From the IMG/VR virus record IMGVR_UViG_3300033407_000075, positions 1-35,485 of that record: a DNA stretch of 35,485 nucleotides; one strand, written 5' to 3'. How positions within the stretch are numbered: the stretch's first letter is position 1; every line of letters begins with the position of its first letter. Shown here one piece after another: positions 9,925 to 17,268 of this stretch. The notes beneath the pieces were generated by a model. That model did not search any database and was not told the DNA's origin. It saw nothing but the letters and a program-made list of their open reading frames with translations. The position numbers were made by a program, and so were the translations under genes. The stretch comes from a virus (Duplodnaviria; Caudoviricetes).

Positions 9925-11264
9925 TGAGCACATCATGGATGTACGGAAGCCCCTCGCAGGTGGAGGGATACACCTGGGACTCGGGCTCACAGTCCTACGT
10001 GCCGACGGGTCAGTTCTACGACACGGGCGCTGGGGGTGGCACCCCCGGTCCGTCGTCCGCTGGCGACACCGTCACGACGTCGGATGGCGTTGACTACGCC
10101 GCTGAGTCTCAGGCGATGTTCCCGTGGCTTACCGGGCAACTGCTGTCCACCTACGCCGACCTGTGGGCCGAGTCCGGCTCCGCAACGGCGGCGCTGGCCA
10201 AGCTCCGCGACACGTCACCCTACAAGTCCGTCTTCAAGGGCATCCGACGCGAGGACGGCACCCTGCGCATGGACGAGAACGCCTACATGTCGCAGATGTA
10301 CGGGTTCCGCGAGATCATGTCCGAGTTCGAGGTGGCAACCGGAGGCTCGGAGTTCGACCTGTCGCGCCTGATCGAGTTGGAGGTCGACGCCCGCGAGTTC
10401 GCATCCGTCATCGCCGAGGCCGTCACGAGGTTCCGTGAGCCCGGCGCGGCCGAGGACAACGGGCTCGTCTCCCAGTTCGTGTCGGGCTTCATGCAGTCCG
10501 GCTCACTGTCGGCTGCGCTGGAGCAGGTCCGTCAGACCTCCGAGTACGAGCAGGTGTTCGCCGGCAACCGCCGTGACGACGGCACGATCAGGATGGACGA
10601 GAACGCCTACTTCTCCTACAAGCGCGGGTGGGAGCGGATCTTCCTGTCTCGCGGGCTGAACCCCGAGCCCTTCGAGGCGCAAGGCCGTCTCGCCGAGGCG
10701 GTGCGCAACGAGGTGTCCATTCAGGAGTTGGAGGGCCGCGTGCAGGCCGTCGAGACGAACGTGCTCGGCAACACCGCGTCCGTGCGGCAGTTCTTCGTGG
10801 GCGCCTACGGCCAGGAGGGTGCGGCCTTCCTCCAGTCGGCGCAGGACGAGGGGTTCGGCCGCTCGACTGCTCTGGCGATGGCGCTCGACCCGACCGTCGG
10901 CAACGAGCTTCTGTCCCGCAGGATCACCGCGGCACAGATCGGTGGCGAGGCTGCCGTGCAGGGCTTCGCTCGGTCGGTGCAGCGCGCCGAGGAGTTGGCT
11001 CGCGCAGGTGTCTCACAGGCGCAGGCTCGCAACCTCTACTCGCAGGCTGGGCTCCAGTTGGGCGGTCTGTCGGCGGCGACCCGTAGGTTCCGTCGCGGTG
11101 ACACGAACCTGGCTGACTTCGAGTCGGCGTTCGCGCTCGGCGAGGCCGGTCAGCAGCAGAGGATCACCCGAGCGTTGCAGGACGAGGGCTCGTCCTTCTC
11201 GTCCACCCGTGACGTGATGCGCTCAGGGGACGGGTTCGGTCTGGCTGGACTCAGGCAGCAGTAG
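9924..11264 (+). CDS. Probable internal virion protein with internal duplication
   Basis: 446 aa, AAGGAG RBS, TGATG overlap, two copies of VFxGxRRxDGTxRMDENAY. Confidence 0.6.
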   Translation: MSTSWMYGSPSQVEGYTWDSGSQSYVPTGQFYDTGAGGGTPGPSSAGDTVTTSDGVDYAAESQAMFPWLTGQLLSTYADLWAESGSATAALAKLRDTSPYKSVFKGIRREDGTLRMDENAYMSQMYGFREIMSEFEVATGGSEFDLSRLIELEVDAREFASVIAEAVTRFREPGAAEDNGLVSQFVSGFMQSGSLSAALEQVRQTSEYEQVFAGNRRDDGTIRMDENAYFSYKRGWERIFLSRGLNPEPFEAQGRLAEAVRNEVSIQELEGRVQAVETNVLGNTASVRQFFVGAYGQEGAAFLQSAQDEGFGRSTALAMALDPTVGNELLSRRITAAQIGGEAAVQGFARSVQRAEELARAGVSQAQARNLYSQAGLQLGGLSAATRRFRRGDTNLADFESAFALGEAGQQQRITRALQDEGSSFSSTRDVMRSGDGFGLAGLRQQ

Positions 11265-11267
11265 CGG

Positions 11268-11352
11268 CGGAGGGCGGAGGAGTCGAACCCCTAGGCGGTG
11301 AACCTCACCCGTTTTCGAGACGGGCTGCCAGCCAACCCGGCAGTCACCCTCC
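11268..11352 (-). tRNA. tRNA-Ser(CGA), 8/4-type cloverleaf, no encoded CCA
   Basis: Minus strand: GGAGGGTG AC TGCCG GGTTGGC TGGCA G CCCGT CTCGAAA ACGGG TGAGGTTCACCGCCTA GGGG TTCGACT CCTC CGCCCTCC G. Long variable arm and G discriminator. Confidence 0.9.
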
Positions 11353-11353
11353 G

Positions 11354-11426
11354 CTGCTCGGGCAGGGGTCGAACCTGCAACCTTCCGGTTAACAGCCGGA
11401 CGCTCCGCCAGTTGAGCTACCGAGCA
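11354..11426 (-). tRNA. tRNA-Asn(GTT), no encoded CCA
   Basis: Canonical cloverleaf: TGCTCGG/CCGAGCA acceptor, GCTC/GAGC D stem, TCCGG CTGTTAA CCGGA anticodon arm, GCAGG TTCGACC CCTGC T arm. Confidence 0.95.
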
Positions 11427-11427
11427 G

Positions 11428-11502
11428 TAGCAGGGGAGGGAGTCGAACCCTCACTCGCGCGGATTATGAGCCCGCTCCAGCACCACTACTGGTTGCCCTG
11501 CG
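11428..11502 (-). tRNA. tRNA-Met(CAT), initiator-like, atypical
   Basis: CGCAGGG/CCCTGCT acceptor with a 1:72 mismatch and A discriminator, GCGGG CTCATAA TCCGC anticodon arm, GAGGG TTCGACT CCCTC T arm. Confidence 0.85.
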
Positions 11503-11572
11503 ATGGGTGCCACCGTTGAGAAGCGCCACGGTGGCCACAGCGCGAGCCCGCGACGCGCGCGCAGGCGCGCCC

Positions 11573-11601
11573 AGTGTAACTACCGCACGAGTGCTTGACA
11601 A
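11573..11601 (-). promoter_or_regulatory. Sigma70/SigA-type promoter for the tRNA cluster
   Basis: Minus strand TTGTCA (11601-11596), 17-nt spacer, TACACT (11578-11573), about 70 nt upstream of tRNA-Met. Confidence 0.7.
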
Positions 11602-11623
11602 GTGCTGAGCGGTCAGGTATAAA
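11595..11623 (+). promoter_or_regulatory. Sigma70/SigA-type promoter for the scaffold-capsid operon
   Basis: TTGACA (11595-11600), 17-nt spacer, TATAAA (11618-11623), in an otherwise GC-rich sequence. Confidence 0.8.
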
Positions 11624-11628
11624 TACGG

Positions 11629-11905
11629 GTGACGGTCAACGTAGTTGGCTCCGACTGCCGTCACGGCGAACGCTCACGCCGAGAGCCTACGAACGAGCAA
11701 CACCCCACGCCGGGTCTGCCCCCCGGCTGGGCGTAAACGGTGGGCACGCAAAGCAATAACGGCTCGGCCTCGATCCCGCGAGGCAGTTGTTGCCGATGCC
11801 GTGGCCACTTCCCTCTTTCTGGTCAGAACCCTTCCTGCCTCGCCGTCACACGGCGATCCCCCGCAATGCCGTGTCGGACACGAAGCGGGCGCAGGAGGAA
11901 ACGCG
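11629..11905 (+). ncRNA. Candidate structured 5' leader or ncRNA upstream of the scaffold gene
   Basis: Helices GTGACGG/CCGTCAC, GCCGGG/CCCGGC, GCAATAAC/GTTGTTGC, GCCTCG/CGAGGC, ACACGGC/GCCGTGT and CTTCCTGC/GCAGGAGG, the last covering the SD. Confidence 0.55.
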
Positions 11906-12409
11906 ATGAGCGACCAAGAGGTTCAGGTGCAGGATCTACTCGGCAAGGTGAGCGACGAGGCGCTGCGTAAGCAGTTCGCCGATGCGTTCAACTCACTGTC
12001 GGGTTCAACGCTGCGCAAGCAGCTCGACGAAGTGCAGGTTGAGAACAAGACCCTGAAGTCGGAGAAGCGACAGAGGGTCTACCGAGACGCTGGCATCCCA
12101 GATGCTGCGTTCGACGTGCTCGACAAGGTGTACGACGGCGAGCTTGAGGTCGACAAGATCCGCGAGTACGCGACGGAGAAGGGCTTTGCCCTCGGAGAAC
12201 CCGGCAAGCGGGAACCCGAGGCGACACCCGACCCGGCAGCGGCACGGACGGCTGGCGAGCAGCGCTTTACGCAGCTCGCCCGGGGAACCATCCCACCGCG
12301 CGATGCCTCCACTGATGACCAAATCGCGGCAGCCGAGAAGGATGGTGACTGGCCGACGTTCAACCGTCTCCAGGCCCAGAAGCTCGAAGCCGTACGTCGA
12401 GCCTCCTAA
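11906..12409 (+). CDS. Capsid scaffolding protein
   Basis: AGGAGG RBS then ATG 11906 (ORF-track start 11645 rejected). 167 aa, charged coiled coil with a C-terminal helix-turn-helix-like tail, directly before the capsid gene. Confidence 0.75.
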   Translation: MSDQEVQVQDLLGKVSDEALRKQFADAFNSLSGSTLRKQLDEVQVENKTLKSEKRQRVYRDAGIPDAAFDVLDKVYDGELEVDKIREYATEKGFALGEPGKREPEATPDPAAARTAGEQRFTQLARGTIPPRDASTDDQIAAAEKDGDWPTFNRLQAQKLEAVRRAS

Positions 12410-12422
12410 GGAGTGACCTAGC

Positions 12423-13634
12423 ATGGCCACCGTTTCCGCACTGGGCACCAACTACAACCTCCCGAACTATCACGGTCGGGTCCACTACCTCACCCCTTCG
12501 GACACGCCGTTCACTACGGCGCTGATGGGTACCTCTGGTCTGGAAGTCGAAACCGCTCGTACCTTCGAGTGGACGACCGCAGACCTGCGTGCCGCTGCGC
12601 AGAACACGGTCGTTGACGGCGATTCTGCCGGTACTCCCGAGAACCGCGACCGCAGCAACGTGTTCAACGTCCTTCAGACCCACCGCGAAGACGTCGGTGT
12701 GTCCTACGAGCGTGCGGCTCAGTTCGGCCAGTTCGACGGGCGCAACATCGACGCCGGTCCGAACATCGTGGACGAGGCCGCGTGGCAGATCGACCAGATG
12801 TGGAAGCAGATCAAGCGAGACATCGAGTACTCGCTGATCAACGGCGCCTACGTGCTGCCGGGCGACAACAACTCGGCCGCGCAGACCCGAGGCATCTTGG
12901 CCGCGATCACCACGAACGCGCTGGACTCGTCCGACGCGGACGCCAACGGCATCGGCGTGGCGACCTCGGCTGACTCGGATGACACGCTCGACCTGGACGC
13001 CGTTCACGGGTTGTCCGTCGGTGACGACTTCTACTTCTCGGACCTCACCGGGGGTAGCGGCGTCGATGAGGACACCCGCTACTACGTCATCGAGGTCGTG
13101 GACACCGACAGTCTGAAGTTCTCGGCGACCAAGGGCGGCGCTGCGGTGGACTTCGGGTCCGACATCACCGACGGGGTTTTCGTCCCCTACGCCGAGCCGA
13201 CGATCCAGTCGGTTGAGGCGCTCATGCAGTCCGCCTTCGACAATGGTGGCCTGAGCGAGTCGGAGATGGGCCTACTCGTCGTCAACTCCGGTCTGAAGCG
13301 GTGGTTGACCAAGGTCTTCGTGCACGACACGGGCACCAACGTCCGCTCCCGCAACGTGGGCGGCGCGAACGTGCAGGTCATCGAGACGTCCTTCGGTGAA
13401 CTCGGGATCATGCTCAACCGCTACGTCCCGCAGGGCACCCTGGCTGCCGTCTCGCTCGACCAGTGCAAGGCGCACGTCCGCGAGATCCCCGGCAAGGGCG
13501 TCATGTTCGCCGAGCCGCTTGGTAAGGATGGTGCGTCCGACAAGACGCAGCTCTACACCTCGGTCGGTCTGGAGTACGGCAACGAGGCGGCCCACGCCAA
13601 GGACACCGGCTTCACCGCGAACTCTCCCGCCTGA
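12423..13634 (+). CDS. Major capsid protein (SU10/DUF5309-like, HK97 fold) with inserted domain
   Basis: AAGGAG RBS. Motifs DTPF, FEW..ADL, NVLQTHREDVGVS, QIKRDIEYSLING, TRGI and EPLGKDGASDK fit this family. Confidence 0.85.
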   Translation: MATVSALGTNYNLPNYHGRVHYLTPSDTPFTTALMGTSGLEVETARTFEWTTADLRAAAQNTVVDGDSAGTPENRDRSNVFNVLQTHREDVGVSYERAAQFGQFDGRNIDAGPNIVDEAAWQIDQMWKQIKRDIEYSLINGAYVLPGDNNSAAQTRGILAAITTNALDSSDADANGIGVATSADSDDTLDLDAVHGLSVGDDFYFSDLTGGSGVDEDTRYYVIEVVDTDSLKFSATKGGAAVDFGSDITDGVFVPYAEPTIQSVEALMQSAFDNGGLSESEMGLLVVNSGLKRWLTKVFVHDTGTNVRSRNVGGANVQVIETSFGELGIMLNRYVPQGTLAAVSLDQCKAHVREIPGKGVMFAEPLGKDGASDKTQLYTSVGLEYGNEAAHAKDTGFTANSPA

Positions 13635-13645
13635 GTCATCGTCTA

Positions 13646-13676
13646 GCCGGGGCGGCCAGTCGTAGGTCGCCCCGGC
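13646..13676 (+). terminator. Strong hairpin after the capsid gene (terminator or stabiliser, no U-tract)
   Basis: GCCGGGGCGGCC-AGTCGTA-GGTCGCCCCGGC, a 12-bp stem 12 nt after the stop. Confidence 0.6.
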
Positions 13677-13703
13677 AGGACCACATCCCCCCAGGACGAG
13701 GAC

Positions 13704-14030
13704 ATGGTGAGCAGGCCAGCGGTACCGCGGGTGCGGGATGTCCGCAGGTTCACCGTGGATTCTGTGACCATCACGGGGGACGCCAACCATGCGAGCGCCA
13801 AGCGGTTCGCGGGCTGGTCTGTGAGGGAGTCGGCCACGATCGCGGGCGCGGCGCGCATCAACTTCCGCCTCGGTTCTGTGTCCGGTCAGATTCTCGCCGT
13901 ACTGGAACTTCAAGCAGACCGCTCGGACACGATGTTCTTCCCGTGCGAGTTCCAAACGCCAGGGGGCGTCTACGTGGAGGTCGCCTCGGGGACTGTGTCC
14001 GGGGTTCTACTGAATAGAGGTGATTTGTAG
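13704..14030 (+). CDS. Small structural protein (possible decoration protein)
   Basis: 108 aa, beta-rich, GAGGA RBS, directly after the capsid gene. Confidence 0.55.
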   Translation: MVSRPAVPRVRDVRRFTVDSVTITGDANHASAKRFAGWSVRESATIAGAARINFRLGSVSGQILAVLELQADRSDTMFFPCEFQTPGGVYVEVASGTVSGVLLNRGDL

Positions 14031-15119
14031 ATGGGACTTTTCGACGCGAGTAGGTTGGGTGGCGGTTCGTCCGCCAACCCCGTGACAGTGACGCTGGAGT
14101 CTTCCGACGGATCGGTGCTGCGGTACGAGTTCACCGCGAGCGGCTCCGACGTCTCGATCCAGTTCAAGGACGAGTCGGGCAACATTGGCTCAGCCATTTC
14201 GGTCGCCGCTGGCGCGACGGCCAATGGCCCTGCCTCCGATATTTCGGGGACGGGCAAGATCGAGATGGAGGTCACCTTCGATGCGACCGGCTTCCGCAGC
14301 TCCGAGTATCTGGAGTGCGAAGTCGAGACGGTCACCACGCGCGAGGTTGACCGTGCTCCGTGGGCTCAGTCGCTTCCCGGCGCTGACGGCGACCTGATCG
14401 CCTCTGACGGAGCGGGTGGGGTCAAGACCGTCGGTAGTGACACGTACCTCACGACGGACGACGCCCTCCTTGGCTACTCCCCCCGGACCTGCCTGTATCT
14501 GGATGGCACGTCCGGTAACTACACGTCCACCCCCGACGCGGGCTCGCTGGATATCACCGGCGACATCGACCTGCGGTTCAGAGGGGAACTGGACTGGGCT
14601 CCGGCCGCTATCCGCCAGTTCGCAAACAAGTCGGACGTGGGCTCGCAGCGGTCATGGGGCTGGCAGTTGCAGACCTCCGGGCTGCTGCTGCTCCGCTGGT
14701 CTAGCGACGGTGCAGGAACCGGCGAAATCGGTGTCCAGTCCACAGTGGCGGTCCCCGACGACGGGGCGCTGCGTTGGGTCCGTGTCACCCTGGACGTGGA
14801 CAACGGCGCATCGGGATATGACGTGAAGTTCTATACGTCCGACGACGGCACGACATGGTCCCAGCTTGGGGCGACGGTGACCGGCGGGTCGACAACGAAC
14901 GTGTTCGCCGGTACGGCCCCGGTGGAGGTCGGCCGTCGAGGCAACAACACGCAGTACATGGTCGGTGCCGTCCACAGGTTCGAAATGTACGACGGGATCG
15001 GCGGGACACTGGTCGCCGCATTCGATCCTTCTGCGCCGGTCCACCCCCGGTTCCGTGACTCGGCAGGCCGAGTCTGGTCCTACACCGGGTCGGCGTTCTC
15101 GTGGCAGCAGGCGGCGTGA
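14031..15119 (+). CDS. Fibre/receptor-binding protein with C-terminal LamG/concanavalin-like domain
   Basis: LYLDGTSGNY.STPD..SLDITGD, WVRVT.D, VKFY and VEVG motifs. N-terminal ~135 aa paralogous to the next gene. Confidence 0.65.
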   Translation: MGLFDASRLGGGSSANPVTVTLESSDGSVLRYEFTASGSDVSIQFKDESGNIGSAISVAAGATANGPASDISGTGKIEMEVTFDATGFRSSEYLECEVETVTTREVDRAPWAQSLPGADGDLIASDGAGGVKTVGSDTYLTTDDALLGYSPRTCLYLDGTSGNYTSTPDAGSLDITGDIDLRFRGELDWAPAAIRQFANKSDVGSQRSWGWQLQTSGLLLLRWSSDGAGTGEIGVQSTVAVPDDGALRWVRVTLDVDNGASGYDVKFYTSDDGTTWSQLGATVTGGSTTNVFAGTAPVEVGRRGNNTQYMVGAVHRFEMYDGIGGTLVAAFDPSAPVHPRFRDSAGRVWSYTGSAFSWQQAA

Positions 15120-15129
15120 TGGGGTTGAA

Positions 15130-17232
15130 GTGGCGAGGTTTCTGAATCGCAGGTTTGGTGGGGGCTCATCGCGGAACCCCGTCACGGTGGCTCTGGAGAA
15201 GGGTGACGGCACCGTCATCCGTTGTGAGTTCACTGCCCACGGTGAGGATGTAACCGTCCGGTTTACCGACGACGCTGGCGTCGTCGGGTCAGCTATCGCC
15301 ATCGCCGAGGGCGAAACGGTCACGGGGCCGGGCTCAGAGATCATGGGCAAGGGCTCGCTCGGCATGACCGCCACCTTCGCCACGTCCGGGCTTAGGTCGT
15401 CCTACCTCGAAGTGGATGTCCAGTCTGTCCCCGCTGACGTGGACTTCGTGTCCCAGGTGCCCGCCTGGCTGTCGGCGGATCTGGACGACGTGTTCGCCTC
15501 CGACGGTGATGGTGGCGTCAAGGTCCGCGACGGTGCTGGGTTCGCCATTCTAGACGAGGCCGAGACGGTCACGGGTCAGTGGAGGTTTCCTACTCTCGAC
15601 GTGGACAGACTCCGGGTGAAGTCCGGGCCACACATAGACGCCACACACCGTGATTTTGGGGCGGTTGGTGACGGCGTTACGGACGACACCGCCGCCATCC
15701 AGTCGGCCCTTGACGCCGCCGCCGCTGCGGGCGGCGGCGTGGTTTTACTCCCAGCGGGGACTTATTCGGTTACGAGCCTTACGGTTCTAGATAAGACCAC
15801 CCTACGGGGTGTAGGCTTCACATACGGGGCATCTAGCGGTGGCACGCAAGTTGTTGGCTCTGACCCGTCCCTCAATGTCGTGGAGTTGGGTCAGGTGGGG
15901 GGGTACCGTTCGGGTATCCGAATATGCGACATGCGCATCTCGGGTGGCCTGAACAACATCGCCAACATTGAGGCGGCCAGCCACGTCGAGTTGGAGCGGC
16001 TGGAGTTGTCAGGTGCGGCCAATGCCGCCATCTACGTCACCGGATGGGCCGAGGAATGGTATGTCAGCCACGTTCAGGCATACGGACCTACGGGTGGGTA
16101 CGCCTGGCAGGCGGTCAACGTGGGGGATTCCGTTGGCGGGCTAAACTACATCGACAAATCCACCATTAGGGACTGCATTTTCGCCGGGGGAACGAACGCG
16201 GTTCGCTGGGAGTTGACCGTCATAAACAGCGTCGTGTTCCAAAACTGCGTCTTCAACTCCACGACAAGCCACGGGTTCCACATGGGGGGAGGTGCCCGCG
16301 CCCTCTCGTTTATAGGTTGCTCGACCGAGGGCGTGGGGCAGGGGGGTAAGAATGATCGTACGACAGGAACTATCACCTCTGGAACCAACTCACTCACTGT
16401 GGCGTCTGCGGCCGGGTATCAGGTGGGCGACCAGATCACCGTCGGTGGTGCGGGGTCCTTGGGTCAGGATCTGTATGCAGCGGTGGACGCCATTGCGGGC
16501 ACAACTTTTACGCTAGACACGAACGCTTCGACCACTGTCAACTCCCAGCCGGTAACCAACGCCACGTCGGACTGCTGGCACTTTTCCTCATCCCCGTTCG
16601 CCCCGGCCGAGGTTTCGTTTGTCGGATGCTTCCTTTTCGGGGAGGGAAACAACGGCAACCAACGGTACTCAGTGAACGCAAACTCTGGGACGAACTTCCT
16701 TTTCTTTGGGTGCCATGTGAGTAGCAGCATCCCCATCTATGATCCGCTCAGTAAACACTCCTATATGGGCGGTGATGCTAGTGCGGTTAGGCAGCAGGTT
16801 TCTATTGCCGGGAACAACCATACGGGCCATGTATTCAATGGAGCCAAGAGAAACATCATCGGCTCCGCGCCCGGTGGCGACCTGCTTCTCTACCTGCGCG
16901 ACTCAAACGACGCGGCTACTGGGACACTAGGTCGGCTGGAGGTTCGCAAGAACGACCCGAACCGAACGAGACTTTTCCGCGTGGACACGAGCGACAACAG
17001 CGTGCGGCAGGACCGCTCGGACGGATCGTTGGTGGTCGAAGGCGCTCTCGACCACAACGGAGGCACCCTGGGGTTTTTCGGCGTCACCCCGGCTGCGCAA
17101 TCCTCGCCGTACACGGCCAGCAATGTCATTACGGATCGCTCATTCGACGCTAACGCGATGACACTCGATGAGTTGGCAGATGTTCTGGGAACCCTGATCG
17201 CAGACCTACAGGCCCTCGGTCTTCTGGGCTGA
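15130..17232 (+). CDS. Tailspike/fibre with pectate-lyase-like beta-helix (putative depolymerase)
   Basis: GTG 15130 chosen by alignment with the paralog. FGAVGDGVTDDTAAIQSALD...GGGVVLLPAGTY is the Pectate_lyase_3 N-cap, followed by beta-helix repeats and a helical C-terminus LADVLGTLIADLQALGLL. Confidence 0.8.
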   Translation: MARFLNRRFGGGSSRNPVTVALEKGDGTVIRCEFTAHGEDVTVRFTDDAGVVGSAIAIAEGETVTGPGSEIMGKGSLGMTATFATSGLRSSYLEVDVQSVPADVDFVSQVPAWLSADLDDVFASDGDGGVKVRDGAGFAILDEAETVTGQWRFPTLDVDRLRVKSGPHIDATHRDFGAVGDGVTDDTAAIQSALDAAAAAGGGVVLLPAGTYSVTSLTVLDKTTLRGVGFTYGASSGGTQVVGSDPSLNVVELGQVGGYRSGIRICDMRISGGLNNIANIEAASHVELERLELSGAANAAIYVTGWAEEWYVSHVQAYGPTGGYAWQAVNVGDSVGGLNYIDKSTIRDCIFAGGTNAVRWELTVINSVVFQNCVFNSTTSHGFHMGGGARALSFIGCSTEGVGQGGKNDRTTGTITSGTNSLTVASAAGYQVGDQITVGGAGSLGQDLYAAVDAIAGTTFTLDTNASTTVNSQPVTNATSDCWHFSSSPFAPAEVSFVGCFLFGEGNNGNQRYSVNANSGTNFLFFGCHVSSSIPIYDPLSKHSYMGGDASAVRQQVSIAGNNHTGHVFNGAKRNIIGSAPGGDLLLYLRDSNDAATGTLGRLEVRKNDPNRTRLFRVDTSDNSVRQDRSDGSLVVEGALDHNGGTLGFFGVTPAAQSSPYTASNVITDRSFDANAMTLDELADVLGTLIADLQALGLLG

Positions 17233-17268
17233 AGGGCGTTCGATGGGGGTTCATGTCGTGTGGGGCAC

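Noticed and set aside
11268-11352. Selenocysteine or suppressor tRNA / recoded genome
   Set aside because: The anticodon is CGA (Ser), and genes end normally at TAG, TGA and TAA.
11725-11795. c-di-GMP-I riboswitch or twister ribozyme in the leader
   Set aside because: GGGCACGCAAAGC resembles part of the GEMM motif and a pseudoknot is possible, but the GGCAAAC/GNRA and twister core elements are not in place. It cannot be called without a covariance search.
11645-11905. N-terminal extension of the scaffold ORF (254-aa call)
   Set aside because: TTG start without an RBS and a non-protein-like translation. There is a strong AGGAGG before ATG 11906.
14965-15129. ORF-track start of the tailspike gene
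   Set aside because: It overlaps the upstream gene by 155 nt. Paralog alignment places the start at GTG 15130.
14031-17232. Diversity-generating retroelement or invertible tail-fibre cassette
   Set aside because: No reverse transcriptase or invertase is present. The paralogous regions are diverged, in direct orientation and not adenine-specific variants.
17150-17254. Short minus-strand peptide (MNPHRTPF...) as the product of the 17331-17359 promoter
   Set aside because: No RBS, it lies beyond the hairpin and U-tract, and it is antisense to the tailspike 3' end.
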